Positions 36,896 to 47,000 of a stretch of DNA of 64,000 nucleotides are shown here, piece after piece (positions within the stretch are counted from its first letter, which is position 1; each line of letters begins with the position of its first letter). The stretch covers positions 1-64,000 of the IMG/VR virus record IMGVR_UViG_3300032268_000887; one strand, 5' to 3'. A program made the position numbers and the translations under genes. The notes under the pieces were generated by a model. That model did not search any database. It had not been told where the DNA came from and saw only the letters and a list, made by a program, of their open reading frames with translations. This DNA is from a virus.

Positions 36896-37047
36896 CTTTT
36901 AGATCTCCTTAAGCCAAACTTAGCAAGATATACGCAAATAGTTTCTACGCTAGCCCCGCACTCTTTTGCAATTTCTTGTGGAGACTTTTTATCCATAACG
37001 TATCGTTTACGAAGCCAAGTCTCGCTTGTATATAGTTTAGCAGGCAT
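36892..37047 (-). CDS. small HTH protein
   Basis: WLRKRY...SPQEIAKECGAS.ETI..YL.KFGL. Confidence 0.6.
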   Translation of the reverse strand: MPAKLYTSETWLRKRYVMDKKSPQEIAKECGASVETICVYLAKFGLRRSKR

Positions 37048-37051
37048 CAGA

Positions 37052-37696
37052 TTATTTGTCAACCCCAGTCTCATTAATATCATAGTTAAACCTATCACTG
37101 TCTTCTAGGGTCCATTTGTCTTGATTTTCTACGTCCCACTTATACTTATTAATTATTCTATCTATTACATAGTCCTTTTTTAAAGTAAATGAAGGTTCAT
37201 ATATGCGAACTCTATTGTTAGGTTGAATAGCAAAATTTCCATCATCTCTTTGTATAACATGCCCACACTTATGTTCAGAGGGACTTTCAGAATATCCATC
37301 ATCCATTACGTTACTATCTGGATTGTGCCAATCAAGAGTAAACAAATAAGTACCATTGTGTTTTGTTTTTGTTCTATCAATGTATGACATTCTAAGGTTT
37401 GTAAGGCTTTCAAATTTAGTTACAGATATGTGGTGACTAAAAGCATTCCATAAAACTAAATTATGTATGTCTATTTCTGGAACCCCAGGCTTTGTACAAA
37501 ATGCACTAATTGGTAATCTCCACCACAGCCCACCGTCCTCCATCATTATATGAAATAAAGGACTTCTGTTTTTTATACTGGCAACACCAAATATAAAACA
37601 TGGAAAATATTTATCATGACTATCTAATTGATTTCTTAAGTAGTTTCCACGCACATAACATTCTATTGGTGGTATATTTGCATTTAACTCTGGCAT
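37052..37696 (-). CDS. conserved phage hypothetical protein
   Basis: LNANIP...RLPISAF...YLFTLDW...EHKC.H...GNFAIQPNNR. Confidence 0.6.
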   Translation of the reverse strand: MPELNANIPPIECYVRGNYLRNQLDSHDKYFPCFIFGVASIKNRSPLFHIMMEDGGLWWRLPISAFCTKPGVPEIDIHNLVLWNAFSHHISVTKFESLTNLRMSYIDRTKTKHNGTYLFTLDWHNPDSNVMDDGYSESPSEHKCGHVIQRDDGNFAIQPNNRVRIYEPSFTLKKDYVIDRIINKYKWDVENQDKWTLEDSDRFNYDINETGVDK

Positions 37697-37698
37697 TA

Positions 37699-37869
37699 TT
37701 ATTCACCTCTTTTCATGGTTTTAAGTTTATCCCAAAATCCGCCAGGATTTCCTTGATATGTTTGTCCAGTTTCACGATCTATTAATAACCATTTTTCCGG
37801 AGACAATGTTTTTACAATTAAAGAAACCTCACTATCTTCTTCTTTAAAAACAAAACTATTTCTATTCAT
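37699..37869 (-). CDS. small hypothetical protein
   Basis: Start likely MNRNSF. Confidence 0.5.
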   Translation of the reverse strand: MNRNSFVFKEEDSEVSLIVKTLSPEKWLLIDRETGQTYQGNPGGFWDKLKTMKRGE

Positions 37870-38458
37870 AATTTCCCATTGCCTTATTCCAATTATTAAT
37901 AGCCCAGTGACCAATGCCACAAGCATCAGCAACATCGTTATCTGTTATTGCTTTGTCGTACTGCATATTAATAAACCTAATTGTCTTTTCTTTTCTAACT
38001 TCTCTTTCTTGAGTTTTATACCAAGATTCTGATTTGTTAGGCATTGCTGCTCTCATTGATATTTTTTCTTCTTTGCTAAATCTTTTATTACCAATATAGT
38101 TTTGCCAAGTAATGGGAGAAACTGATCCCATATCTTTTACTCCACAAGACCACATGGCAGCAAGAACTCCGCCTTGTACTAATGCTAAATCTGATACTGT
38201 TTTGGGGCTATTCATAAATACTGTGTGTTCAATTACAACTGCATCAATCTTATATAAATCAAATAGTGCTTTTGTTTTTGCATGGGCGTCTCCTATTTTT
38301 TTATATATGGTGCTGCCACTAAAATTTAACTTACCGACATATTTTATTTCTTTTTTATTAAAAACTGCAAACGCAATATTATTGGTGCTGGCGTCTATAG
38401 CACAAATATTTTCAGGCGTTGCATTATTGCTATTAAGTATCTTTGCTATCACGAGCAA
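37862..38458 (-). CDS. RuvC-like Holliday junction resolvase
   Basis: AIDAST, VVIE, DNDVADACGIG. Confidence 0.75.
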   Translation of the reverse strand: MLVIAKILNSNNATPENICAIDASTNNIAFAVFNKKEIKYVGKLNFSGSTIYKKIGDAHAKTKALFDLYKIDAVVIEHTVFMNSPKTVSDLALVQGGVLAAMWSCGVKDMGSVSPITWQNYIGNKRFSKEEKISMRAAMPNKSESWYKTQEREVRKEKTIRFINMQYDKAITDNDVADACGIGHWAINNWNKAMGNYE

Positions 38459-38726
38459 TCCTTTTTATTTTTTTTAAAACTTTAAAAACATCTTTATTAT
38501 TAATTCTACAAGTATTGCATAAACTGTCGTCATTGTAGATAGATAAAGTTATGCCACATCCGCCCAAACATTTTCTTATTTTGTTTTTTCTTTTTTGTCT
38601 TTTTGCAACAGAATACCTTGCTACAATTTTTTCTTTTGTGGCAAGGTCTCTACAATCAGCGCTGCAGTAAATTTGGTAAGTTACTTTAGGCTTAAAGTCT
38701 TGATTGCACCAACTACATTGTTTCAC
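38433..38726 (-). CDS. Zn-binding hypothetical protein
   Basis: CxxC, YCSxxC, CxxxC, CxxC. Confidence 0.55.
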   Translation of the reverse strand: MKQCSWCNQDFKPKVTYQIYCSADCRDLATKEKIVARYSVAKRQKRKNKIRKCLGGCGITLSIYNDDSLCNTCRINNKDVFKVLKKIKRIARDSKDT

Positions 38727-39534
38727 TTAATTCCTTTAGAGAGGCTATCTTAATTACTCCATCCCCAGCCTCGTCACAAGTTTTTCTGACTGGACAATTT
38801 TTACAGACCTTAGAATTATTTCTATAGTTTTTGATTGGCAACTGTTTATTTTTCCAAGCACTATGGACTTCGTTCATCCATTCAAATGTATTATCGATCC
38901 ACTGTCTATAGTGATCGTTAACTTCAATAGGAAACAACAACAACTCGTGATTGTTTTTGTTTTCATAAATCACAATACCTTTAGATCTTTTGAGAATTTT
39001 CATGTATATAAGAGTTTGTTCTATATGATCTAGTTTAGCCTTGCCAACTTTTTTTCTATATTCAAACGCTTCTTGACTTGTTGTTTTTATTTCTCCAACA
39101 ATCTCTTCATCATTCCAAACTAGCATACAGTCACCATATCCAAAAATTGGTGGTTGAGAATTTGATACTTTAAACTCTGTTGTATCATTGTTATCGTCAT
39201 CTTTAAAAGATTTTGCAATTCCAGAATCAAGCATTACTTTTTGAATTCTGCTATGTGACAAAACCCCATTTCCCATATTGGCTATACTAGTAGCAGTATT
39301 GTTACTTTCAAAAGTTGTGCCCTCAAAAGCAATATACCAATACCTTGGACAAACCCCGTTGCCATCACTATAAGATATTGTTGATGGGGCAAATGTTTTT
39401 TTCTTAGTAAATTTTGGAACCTGCCCAATAAGGTACCCATCGTTAATCTTTTCAATCATTCCAGACACATCAAAGTCTGGCTTTGGAATGCTATCTGCTT
39501 TAATCATAATTTGCTGTAATAAGTTTTTAGTCAT
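38713..39534 (-). CDS. Cas4-like PD-(D/E)XK exonuclease
   Basis: CPRYWY, GYGD...GEIKT, QxxxY, CxxCPxxxxC. Confidence 0.75.
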   Translation of the reverse strand: MTKNLLQQIMIKADSIPKPDFDVSGMIEKINDGYLIGQVPKFTKKKTFAPSTISYSDGNGVCPRYWYIAFEGTTFESNNTATSIANMGNGVLSHSRIQKVMLDSGIAKSFKDDDNNDTTEFKVSNSQPPIFGYGDCMLVWNDEEIVGEIKTTSQEAFEYRKKVGKAKLDHIEQTLIYMKILKRSKGIVIYENKNNHELLLFPIEVNDHYRQWIDNTFEWMNEVHSAWKNKQLPIKNYRNNSKVCKNCPVRKTCDEAGDGVIKIASLKELSETM

Positions 39535-39569
39535 ATCTCTCTTTTCATTAGCATTCAGTATATCAGTTA

Positions 39570-39875
39570 TCAACGTGCTATGTATTTAAGAGCAGACACT
39601 AAATTGTTTACTGACTCTGCTGCAGTGTAGTATATGTTTTTCTTTGCCCTGTTATTTTTATCTACATTAGCCATCCAAGTTGCTTTTAAAGATAGTTTTG
39701 CTGCGATGGCTTGTAATCTAACTATTTCTACAGTTGCCACTGCAATTGGAATGTCTGGCCTAATAATTAATTTAGCAATCATTTCCAATGAAGTTGTAAG
39801 TTCTTCGTCGTCCATATATTCTGCAATTTCTGCTAAACCATTAATGCTTTCAAGCGTTGTTTTTACTGGCTCCAT
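39570..39875 (-). CDS. hypothetical helical protein
   Basis: ORF with SD AGAGG. Confidence 0.55.
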   Translation of the reverse strand: MEPVKTTLESINGLAEIAEYMDDEELTTSLEMIAKLIIRPDIPIAVATVEIVRLQAIAAKLSLKATWMANVDKNNRAKKNIYYTAAESVNNLVSALKYIAR

Positions 39876-40530
39876 CTTTTCCTCTTTTCAGTTTGTCTAG
39901 TTGTTCAAAAAATTGTTTTCTATACTCAATCATTCTTGGCATATTATTATGTTTTGCCACAATAAATTCTCTTTCTATTGGAGACATTTGTTTTTCTGCA
40001 TAAGGCTTATGGTCATGTTTATTAGAAAAATGAAACACAATTACTTCACATCTATCGTTTTCTTTTAATGTAACGGGTGCTCTCCAGTGTATTCTTTCTG
40101 CTGCCTCAAAAACTAAAACCTCATTGTTTTTTAAAAAGAACTCTTGTCCTTCTACAACTACAGCCCAATCTATGTTACTTGACATTTGATAGTCAATGCT
40201 TACTTTTGTATAATAATTCTCTGTATCTAAATGTGGCGGAAGCATAGGGGAGTTTCCATTTCCATATTTTCCATAGTAGTCTAAATATTGATAATGAGTT
40301 AATTCCAGATCTGGGTCATTAACATATTCTAAAGCAAGATTTTTTAATTTTTCTACAATATTGCCTGGAGCATCGAACTCAATCTGTACCCTTGACATGC
40401 TCTCAATTGTCATAGGGGAGTATCTGCTTACTCCAGGAGTTAGCATTCTATTTGTTTCAACTAGTAGTCTAAGTTCTTCTTCTTCTTCTCTTGTAAAAAA
40501 ATTTTTTACAATTCCGCAATTAGTATTCAT
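39850..40530 (-). CDS. 2OG-Fe(II) oxygenase-like (subfamily B)
   Basis: PMLPPHLD...IDYQ...WAVVVEG...HWRA. Confidence 0.65.
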   Translation of the reverse strand: MNTNCGIVKNFFTREEEEELRLLVETNRMLTPGVSRYSPMTIESMSRVQIEFDAPGNIVEKLKNLALEYVNDPDLELTHYQYLDYYGKYGNGNSPMLPPHLDTENYYTKVSIDYQMSSNIDWAVVVEGQEFFLKNNEVLVFEAAERIHWRAPVTLKENDRCEVIVFHFSNKHDHKPYAEKQMSPIEREFIVAKHNNMPRMIEYRKQFFEQLDKLKRGKDGASKNNA

Positions 40531-40537
40531 ATTAAAA

Positions 40538-40828
40538 TTATACCCTATCTACCAAATCTTCAATAACCGATAGTTCGGCAACTAGCAATCGTGTTTTTTT
40601 AGGCCCATTGCCTAACACTATTATTAGTGCTGGAGATTTATTAATTCCAGATTTAATGGCATCTGTTGTTATTTTTGCCCAAACATTTTCATTTAACGTA
40701 AAAGATTTTTTTGCTTCCTTTATATCAACCACAAAAGATTTCCAGGTAGCATCTCCTTTTTTATTTCCTCTTCCAGAATTTTTATGAGGAATAGCATTCA
40801 TTCTTTTTATTTCATTTTTTTCACTCAT
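40538..40828 (-). CDS. PD-(D/E)XK nuclease, Hjc-like resolvase
   Basis: NSGRG..KGDA...VDIKE..KSF. Confidence 0.55.
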   Translation of the reverse strand: MSEKNEIKRMNAIPHKNSGRGNKKGDATWKSFVVDIKEAKKSFTLNENVWAKITTDAIKSGINKSPALIIVLGNGPKKTRLLVAELSVIEDLVDRV

Positions 40829-42155
40829 TGCTATACCTTTTTATGGCTTCCTTTAAATCTAAGTTTTCTTTCATTAGATCGACAGAAAATTTATTTGAAA
40901 ATCTCATCATGTTTGACTCTATTTTTTGCTTTTCATCTAAAGTTATTGGCAGACTATCCTCTAAAGAAAAATGACAAAACAGCATTTCTACAAAATCTCC
41001 ATCTTTAAATTCTATTGGTTTTCTCCAATGAACTTGATGTGTTCCAGAAAAAGCAGCAGCCATGTTATTTCCAAGTTTAATTTCGTAATCTTCTACTACA
41101 ATTGCCCACTCAACGTTAGCCCTTAGTTGTACATCTAATGTAACCCTGGGATGCGTAAATGTATTGTCATAGTGTGGAGTTAATACTGGAATGTCTGAGT
41201 ATTCTTTAGAGTATCTTGCAAAAGAGATTTCTTCTAGTTTTACATTTTGCATATGAATAGTTTTCATTTGCATTGCAACTTTATCTTTTATTGTTTGAGG
41301 AAGATCTATAAACCAAACTTTTTGTCCATAAATTTTAACCTTTGTCGTGCCCTCACTAGAGTTTAAATCTATTGTTTTGTAAATTAGGTCAATCTCATCT
41401 TGTGTAAAAATATTGCCGTATCTTCCTTTATGGGTTAGTGGTGATCTTTTTTCAACGCCAGATTCTTTATAGCCTTCTATTTTTATTGGAATATCGCTTA
41501 TTTGTGTTTCTTCTTTTAGCAACTTTTTGCGTTTTTCCATAATTGTATAACTATCGTTGCTAAACTCTCTTTGTTTTTTATGGGTTAAAAAAACAAACAT
41601 TAAAACTGTTTCTTGTCCTGGTTTTATTTTTTTATTTTCTCGCCAATGCATCTGGTTAGTCCCGCCAAATAAAATTGCTTGCCCATCTTTTAGATCATAA
41701 TCTTTTCCTTCTACAACAAGATTCCATTTATGATTAGATAATATTTGAAGATCAAAGATAAGTGTTTCTAATGCCCTTGAATCGTAATGCGGAAATAGTT
41801 TTACTTCCCAGCCAAAGTCAGCAGTATATTTTGTTAAAGAAAGGTTTGCAATTTCTAACTCTTCTCCATAGGCTTCGCTACAGAATTGTTGAATTCTTTT
41901 ATGAATTGATTTAAATGTTGGATCTTCCATTGAAATATTTAAGTTTGCTTGGCCATCCCAATTTTTAAGAACAATTTTATCTTCTGGAATATTTTTAACT
42001 AAATTTTGAATATATAATAATTCATCTGAAGATAAAAAATTGTCAAAAATAAAAGGTGGCAAATCTTCATCATTTACAATTTCATTTTTTTCTTTTTGTT
42101 CTTCTCTTAACTTTTTATATTCTGGCAATTTAGAGTAGTCTGGAAAATTATTCAT
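40821..42155 (-). CDS. tandem two-domain 2OG-Fe(II) oxygenase-like protein (subfamily B x2)
   Basis: LFPHYD...HWRE and LTPHYD...HWRK; start MNNFPD by leaderless promoter. Confidence 0.65.
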   Translation of the reverse strand: MNNFPDYSKLPEYKKLREEQKEKNEIVNDEDLPPFIFDNFLSSDELLYIQNLVKNIPEDKIVLKNWDGQANLNISMEDPTFKSIHKRIQQFCSEAYGEELEIANLSLTKYTADFGWEVKLFPHYDSRALETLIFDLQILSNHKWNLVVEGKDYDLKDGQAILFGGTNQMHWRENKKIKPGQETVLMFVFLTHKKQREFSNDSYTIMEKRKKLLKEETQISDIPIKIEGYKESGVEKRSPLTHKGRYGNIFTQDEIDLIYKTIDLNSSEGTTKVKIYGQKVWFIDLPQTIKDKVAMQMKTIHMQNVKLEEISFARYSKEYSDIPVLTPHYDNTFTHPRVTLDVQLRANVEWAIVVEDYEIKLGNNMAAAFSGTHQVHWRKPIEFKDGDFVEMLFCHFSLEDSLPITLDEKQKIESNMMRFSNKFSVDLMKENLDLKEAIKRYSNE

Positions 42156-42162
42156 GTTAATA

Positions 42163-42831
42163 TTATACACTTTCCCTTAAGGTTTCGTCACTTAAAATAT
42201 TGGTCTCTCTTTGAAGAACTTTTTGTCTTTCAAGCATATTAACTGATTGAGTTTCAGATATAGGTTTTGAAATTTTATGCTTAAGCCAGCAGAACATCAT
42301 TAGAATTTCTGAGTTATCTTGCAATTTTTTATTTTCTCTCCAGTGCATCTGTTGAGTACCAGAAAATAATAGGGCCTGATTGTCTAAAAGATTAAATTGT
42401 TTGCCTTCAACAATTATTCCCCAATCCTCATTTGTTTGCAATTGAATATCAAAAACAAACATCTCATACGGCCTTGTGTCATAATGTGGAAATAGTTTAA
42501 CTTCATATCCGTATTCAGGAGAATACCTGACAATAGAATATTCTGCAACAATCAAGTCTTTATTGCATGCTTCTGATGCTAAGTTTTGTATTTTTGCAAT
42601 TACGCTATTTGAAATTTTTATATGATCTAAAACTCCTTGCCCACCCCATTTTTGAATTCTAATTTTTTCTAAAGGAAATTCTTTGGCTGTTTGCAATATA
42701 TCTTTTAGTTCTTTATCAGTAAAAATATTATCTACTAATATTGGAATAAAATCTTGATCAGACACATAGTCTTGAGATGTGCGTAATTTTTTATACTCAG
42801 GAAATTCATCTAGGTTAGGGAAAATACTCAT
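42163..42831 (-). CDS. 2OG-Fe(II) oxygenase-like (subfamily B)
   Basis: RYSPEYGYEVKLFPHYD...FDIQ...HWRE; close paralog of the N-domain of 40821. Confidence 0.65.
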   Translation of the reverse strand: MSIFPNLDEFPEYKKLRTSQDYVSDQDFIPILVDNIFTDKELKDILQTAKEFPLEKIRIQKWGGQGVLDHIKISNSVIAKIQNLASEACNKDLIVAEYSIVRYSPEYGYEVKLFPHYDTRPYEMFVFDIQLQTNEDWGIIVEGKQFNLLDNQALLFSGTQQMHWRENKKLQDNSEILMMFCWLKHKISKPISETQSVNMLERQKVLQRETNILSDETLRESV

Positions 42832-42838
42832 AATAATA

Positions 42839-43018
42839 TTATACCCTACCCCTCTTTGTATAACTTGTTTGCTTAACTAGTGTTAATCTTGATAAATGTT
42901 TTTTACTGCACATCCACGTACACTCTGTTGTTTCTGGAAAAAGTCTCATAGATGTTACTTCTTCTTTACAGGTCTGACATAAAAATTTGCCAGGATATAC
43001 CGAATACTGTTTATCCAA
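42839..43018 (-). CDS. small Zn-binding protein (59 aa, TTG start, DKQYSVYPGKFLCQTC...CSKKH)
   Basis: Translated by hand; fills the gap downstream of recA. Confidence 0.55.
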   Translation of the reverse strand: MDKQYSVYPGKFLCQTCKEEVTSMRLFPETTECTWMCSKKHLSRLTLVKQTSYTKRGRV

Positions 43019-44048
43019 ACTCTTTGACCTTACTTAGGATGTCTGCAAACAATTCTTTGTCTTCTCTAACTTTACTGATAAAACCTTCTCTTCCTTGAAC
43101 CTTTGTTTCATCTGGAAGAATGTACCAAGCACCAGTCCTGTTTACAATACCCATTAACTCTGCTGTATCTACTAGATCGGCAATTGTGTCAATTCCTGTT
43201 TTGCCCCCTCGAAAATAGAAGTCATACTCTCCAGATTGAAATCCAGGGGATGTCTTTGAAAATTGTAAGTCCCACCTAATTTTTCTTCCAACCTTTTCTT
43301 CTATTAATTTATCACCTACATGGATCTTGCCTTTGATGGCTTGATTATCTGACTCTGAAGAAAATAATTTAATAACACAAGAAGAGTAGAATTTTGTAGC
43401 CTGACCACCAGAAGGTTGTTGGCTAGTATACATAGCATTAATATTATTCCTAGATTGAGAAATTAAAATAAATAAAGTTGGCTTAACTTTGTTGTTTGCA
43501 TAATTGATCATTTTCCATGCGTTACTAAAGTCACGAGACTCTGCCCCAATTTGTTTTGTATTTTCTAATTGCTTTAATTCGCTTGAATCTTTTTCAAAAT
43601 AAATTGCCGGAAGTAAAGAGGTTATTGAGTCTACAACAACTAAATCTACACCCGCATTAATTAGGTTAGTTCCAACATCAACCATTTCATTAATAGTTCT
43701 GGCAGAAGAGTAAATTAATTTTGAAGTATCTACTCCTAAACTTTGTGCCCAATCTTCAGAGTATGACATCTCTGCATCTATCCAAGCACAAACCTTTCCT
43801 TCTTGTTGAGCAAGAGCAATTGTTTGTAAACATAAAGATGACTTGGCACTTGATTTACTGCCCCAAATTAACACTTGGCGACCATATGGAAGTCCACCAT
43901 TTAGTGCTTTGTTAAGTCCATGGCTTGGTGTTGGCTGATACTCTACACGAATGCCTTCTCCGTTTGTTAAATTTTTTCTAATTCTTGGATCAAGTTGTGC
44001 TAATACATCTTCTGTGGTCATTGTCATTTTTATTTTTTCCTTTTCCAT
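43011..44048 (-). CDS. recA: RecA/UvsX recombinase
   Basis: GGLPYGR, GSKSSAKS, WIDAE, VVDSI, SQSR, GG..KFYSS, GAWY. Confidence 0.9.
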   Translation of the reverse strand: MEKEKIKMTMTTEDVLAQLDPRIRKNLTNGEGIRVEYQPTPSHGLNKALNGGLPYGRQVLIWGSKSSAKSSLCLQTIALAQQEGKVCAWIDAEMSYSEDWAQSLGVDTSKLIYSSARTINEMVDVGTNLINAGVDLVVVDSITSLLPAIYFEKDSSELKQLENTKQIGAESRDFSNAWKMINYANNKVKPTLFILISQSRNNINAMYTSQQPSGGQATKFYSSCVIKLFSSESDNQAIKGKIHVGDKLIEEKVGRKIRWDLQFSKTSPGFQSGEYDFYFRGGKTGIDTIADLVDTAELMGIVNRTGAWYILPDETKVQGREGFISKVREDKELFADILSKVKEFG

Positions 44049-44051
44049 ATT

Positions 44052-47000
44052 TTAAATAAGTACATCATCTAGTATAACAGTTCCATCTTTTGTTTTTCCA
44101 AAAACAAAATTATACGAGTTGCCTTCTTTAATATTCATATAGGCCTTAGCAAATGCCGTAGGAAATATAAGCACAGATTTTAATTCCCTAGATGTATTAG
44201 CCAAGGTCATTGAGGCCATTTTTTTACCTTCTTTAGTTGTTCTTGGTTTAAATGCAACAACAAACATTTCTTCATCTTTAAATGGTAATTGTTTATAACT
44301 TAAAAATTTAACAAGAGCACTAGAAGATTGCTTTATTTCATCAATAGGAACTGAAGATATAATCCTATTATCATTAGCAAGAACCAGGTAAGTGCGACCC
44401 GTCTCAATAACTGTTCCTTCTTCATCAAATATACCAACACTCCCAGTTTTGTCCAGAATTTCAACTCGTGACCAACCCTTTCCTCGCTTAATTGCTTTTA
44501 CCATACCCATCAAAATAAAAGAACCTTTTTCTTCAAACTCATCAACTTGCTGAATAAAAGCATGGTAATGAGATGGAATATTAATATTAAATTCTGGAAG
44601 ATTTAAATATTCGTATAGATTTTCTTTTATTTGATCATCATTACGAGGGTTGTCTAAAAAGGTTAATGATCCAACAGCATTCATTGCTGCTAATGCACGA
44701 CTGTTTACCCCGTTACCTTTAGTAAAAGTAAAATCTTCTACCTCTTTATAAGATTTAAATGGTCTTGCAGCAATATATTTATCTGCTATCTTGTCCGATA
44801 TATATTTAATTGCAGTTAGGCCAAATCTAATTCCTTTTCCCTCAATTTGAAAATCTTTGCCAGAGTCATTAATATGTGGAAGTTTAACTGGAATTCCCAT
44901 TCGTTTTGCTTCAATTAAATACTCAGTTCTGTTGTCAGGATTTTTTTCATTTTTTAATAAAGCAAACATAAATTCTAGTGGATAGTAATACTTTAACCAC
45001 GCCGTCCAATACGAGAGCGTAGAATAAGCAACCGCATGACTCTTGTTGAACGAATAGCCTGCATGCGCCTCAAAGTCATGCCATAAATCACGAGCCTGAT
45101 TAGGAGTAATATAGGAAGAAGCGCCAGTAATAAAACGTTCTTTATAAATATCGAACTCTTTGGCGTCTTTCTTTTTTCCAATGATCTTTCTAACTTTATC
45201 TGCTTCAGACATGGACATTTGTCCAAGGTGTACGCATGCTTGCATAACTTGTTCCTGGTAAAGAATGCAGCCATAGGTGTCCTCCGTGTAAGGCTTTAAT
45301 ATCTGATGTAAATATGATACAGCCTGTTTTCCGTGTTTTCTTGCAACGTAGTCTTTTCCAATAGTATTCATTGCTCCTGGTCTAACAAGAGCGTTTGATG
45401 CTGCTAATTCATTAAGATTTTTTACACCCATCTTAACAATTAAATTGGTGTAGGGCGTTGCTTCACACTGAAAAATTCCTTTAGTGTGTCCATCTGAAAT
45501 CATTTCGTACACTTTGGGATCTTCCATGTCTATCTCAAGTGGATTAATTTTAACAAAATGATTTTTTTCAATCATCTTGATAGTATCATCTAAAACACTT
45601 AAAGTTTTTAGTCCTAGGGCATCGATTTTAATTAGGCCTATTCTTTCTGCTTCTTCCATATCTACCCCGACAACTGGTATGCGATTTTCTGATCCTGGAG
45701 AAGACCTTGTTTCTAGTGGAGCATGTTTAAAAATTGGCTCTTTACTAGTAACAATTCCAGCAGCATGAATTCCGGTGCCTCTAATACGGCCACGCAATTG
45801 TTCTCCATAAACTTCCACCTCTGGATATTTTTCTCTAAATTCTAACGTAGATTTAGAAGTACAAAAATCATCCCATGTATCTACTGTTTTTAAAATTTTG
45901 TTTACATCTGATAATGGAATATTAAGAACTCTGGCAACATCACGAACAATTCCTTTTCCTGTAAACTCTAAAAATGTTGCAATAGAGGCTACATGCCTAT
46001 ACTGTCTAACAAGATAATCTTTTACTTCTTCTCTTCTAGAATCTTGAATGTCTGTGTCAATATCTGGGAAATCGTTACGTTCTGGATTAATAAATCGAAA
46101 GAACAAAAGCCCATGCTCTATTGGATCAATTTCTGTAATTCCAATTAAATAACAAAGTAAAGAGCCAGCAGAAGATCCACGACCTGGACCAACTCTAATG
46201 CCTTCTTTTTTTGCCCAATTAATCATGTTGCTTACAACAAGAAAATAGGGAGCAAATTTTTTATCTCTAATAATTGATAGTTCTTCATCAAGTCTTTGTT
46301 CGTATATATCATTACCAAGCCAGTTAGAGTTAAGTCTTTTTTCTTCTAGTCCAGCAAAGGCAAGGTTTGCCAACTCTTGATCTGGATTTTTATATTGAAC
46401 TGGCAATAAGTTTAAATGTTCTTTAATATCATAATCTTCTACTTTATTCATAATTTCAAGAGTTGAATCAAACATGTCTGTTCTTGTAAACATTTGTTTT
46501 TGCATTTCTTCTAACATTTCTGTTCCACTTAATAGGTGAATATTAAACTTGTTAAAACTCATTTGTCTATCTTTGCCATACAAATAATCAAGTTTTGTCA
46601 TCATGTCATTATACTTTTTAGATTTTTCGTAAGTAACGTTTTTCTCTAATTTTGCATGAGTATTTAAAATTAACTTTAATTCTTGGATTTCTTTTTGACT
46701 TTTATCCGAATGATGACAATCTGGAGTAACAACAATTTTTATATTAAATTCATCTGCTAAATCCATTAAATGCATGTTTACTTGCTGTGGGTTATGTGGC
46801 ATTATTTCTATATAGTAGTCGTCCTTAAATGTATCTTTAAACCATTTTATAGACTTTTTGGCTTTTGCAAATTCTTCAAGTTCTACTGCCTTGGTAACAA
46901 TTCCACTTAAACATCCCGATGTAACAATAATTCCTTCTTTGTATTTTTCTAATGTTTCAAAATCAAACCTTGGTTTTCTAAAGTAACCCTCAGTCCATGC

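Noticed and set aside
38713-39534. Cas4-like gene as evidence of a CRISPR-Cas system
   Set aside because: No repeat-spacer array or other cas genes were seen; stand-alone Cas4-like nucleases are common in phage recombination modules.
43850-43875. Atypical RecA Walker A (GSKSSAKS) as a sign of inactivation
   Set aside because: The catalytic Lys-Ser and other motifs are retained; phage UvsX-type proteins vary here.
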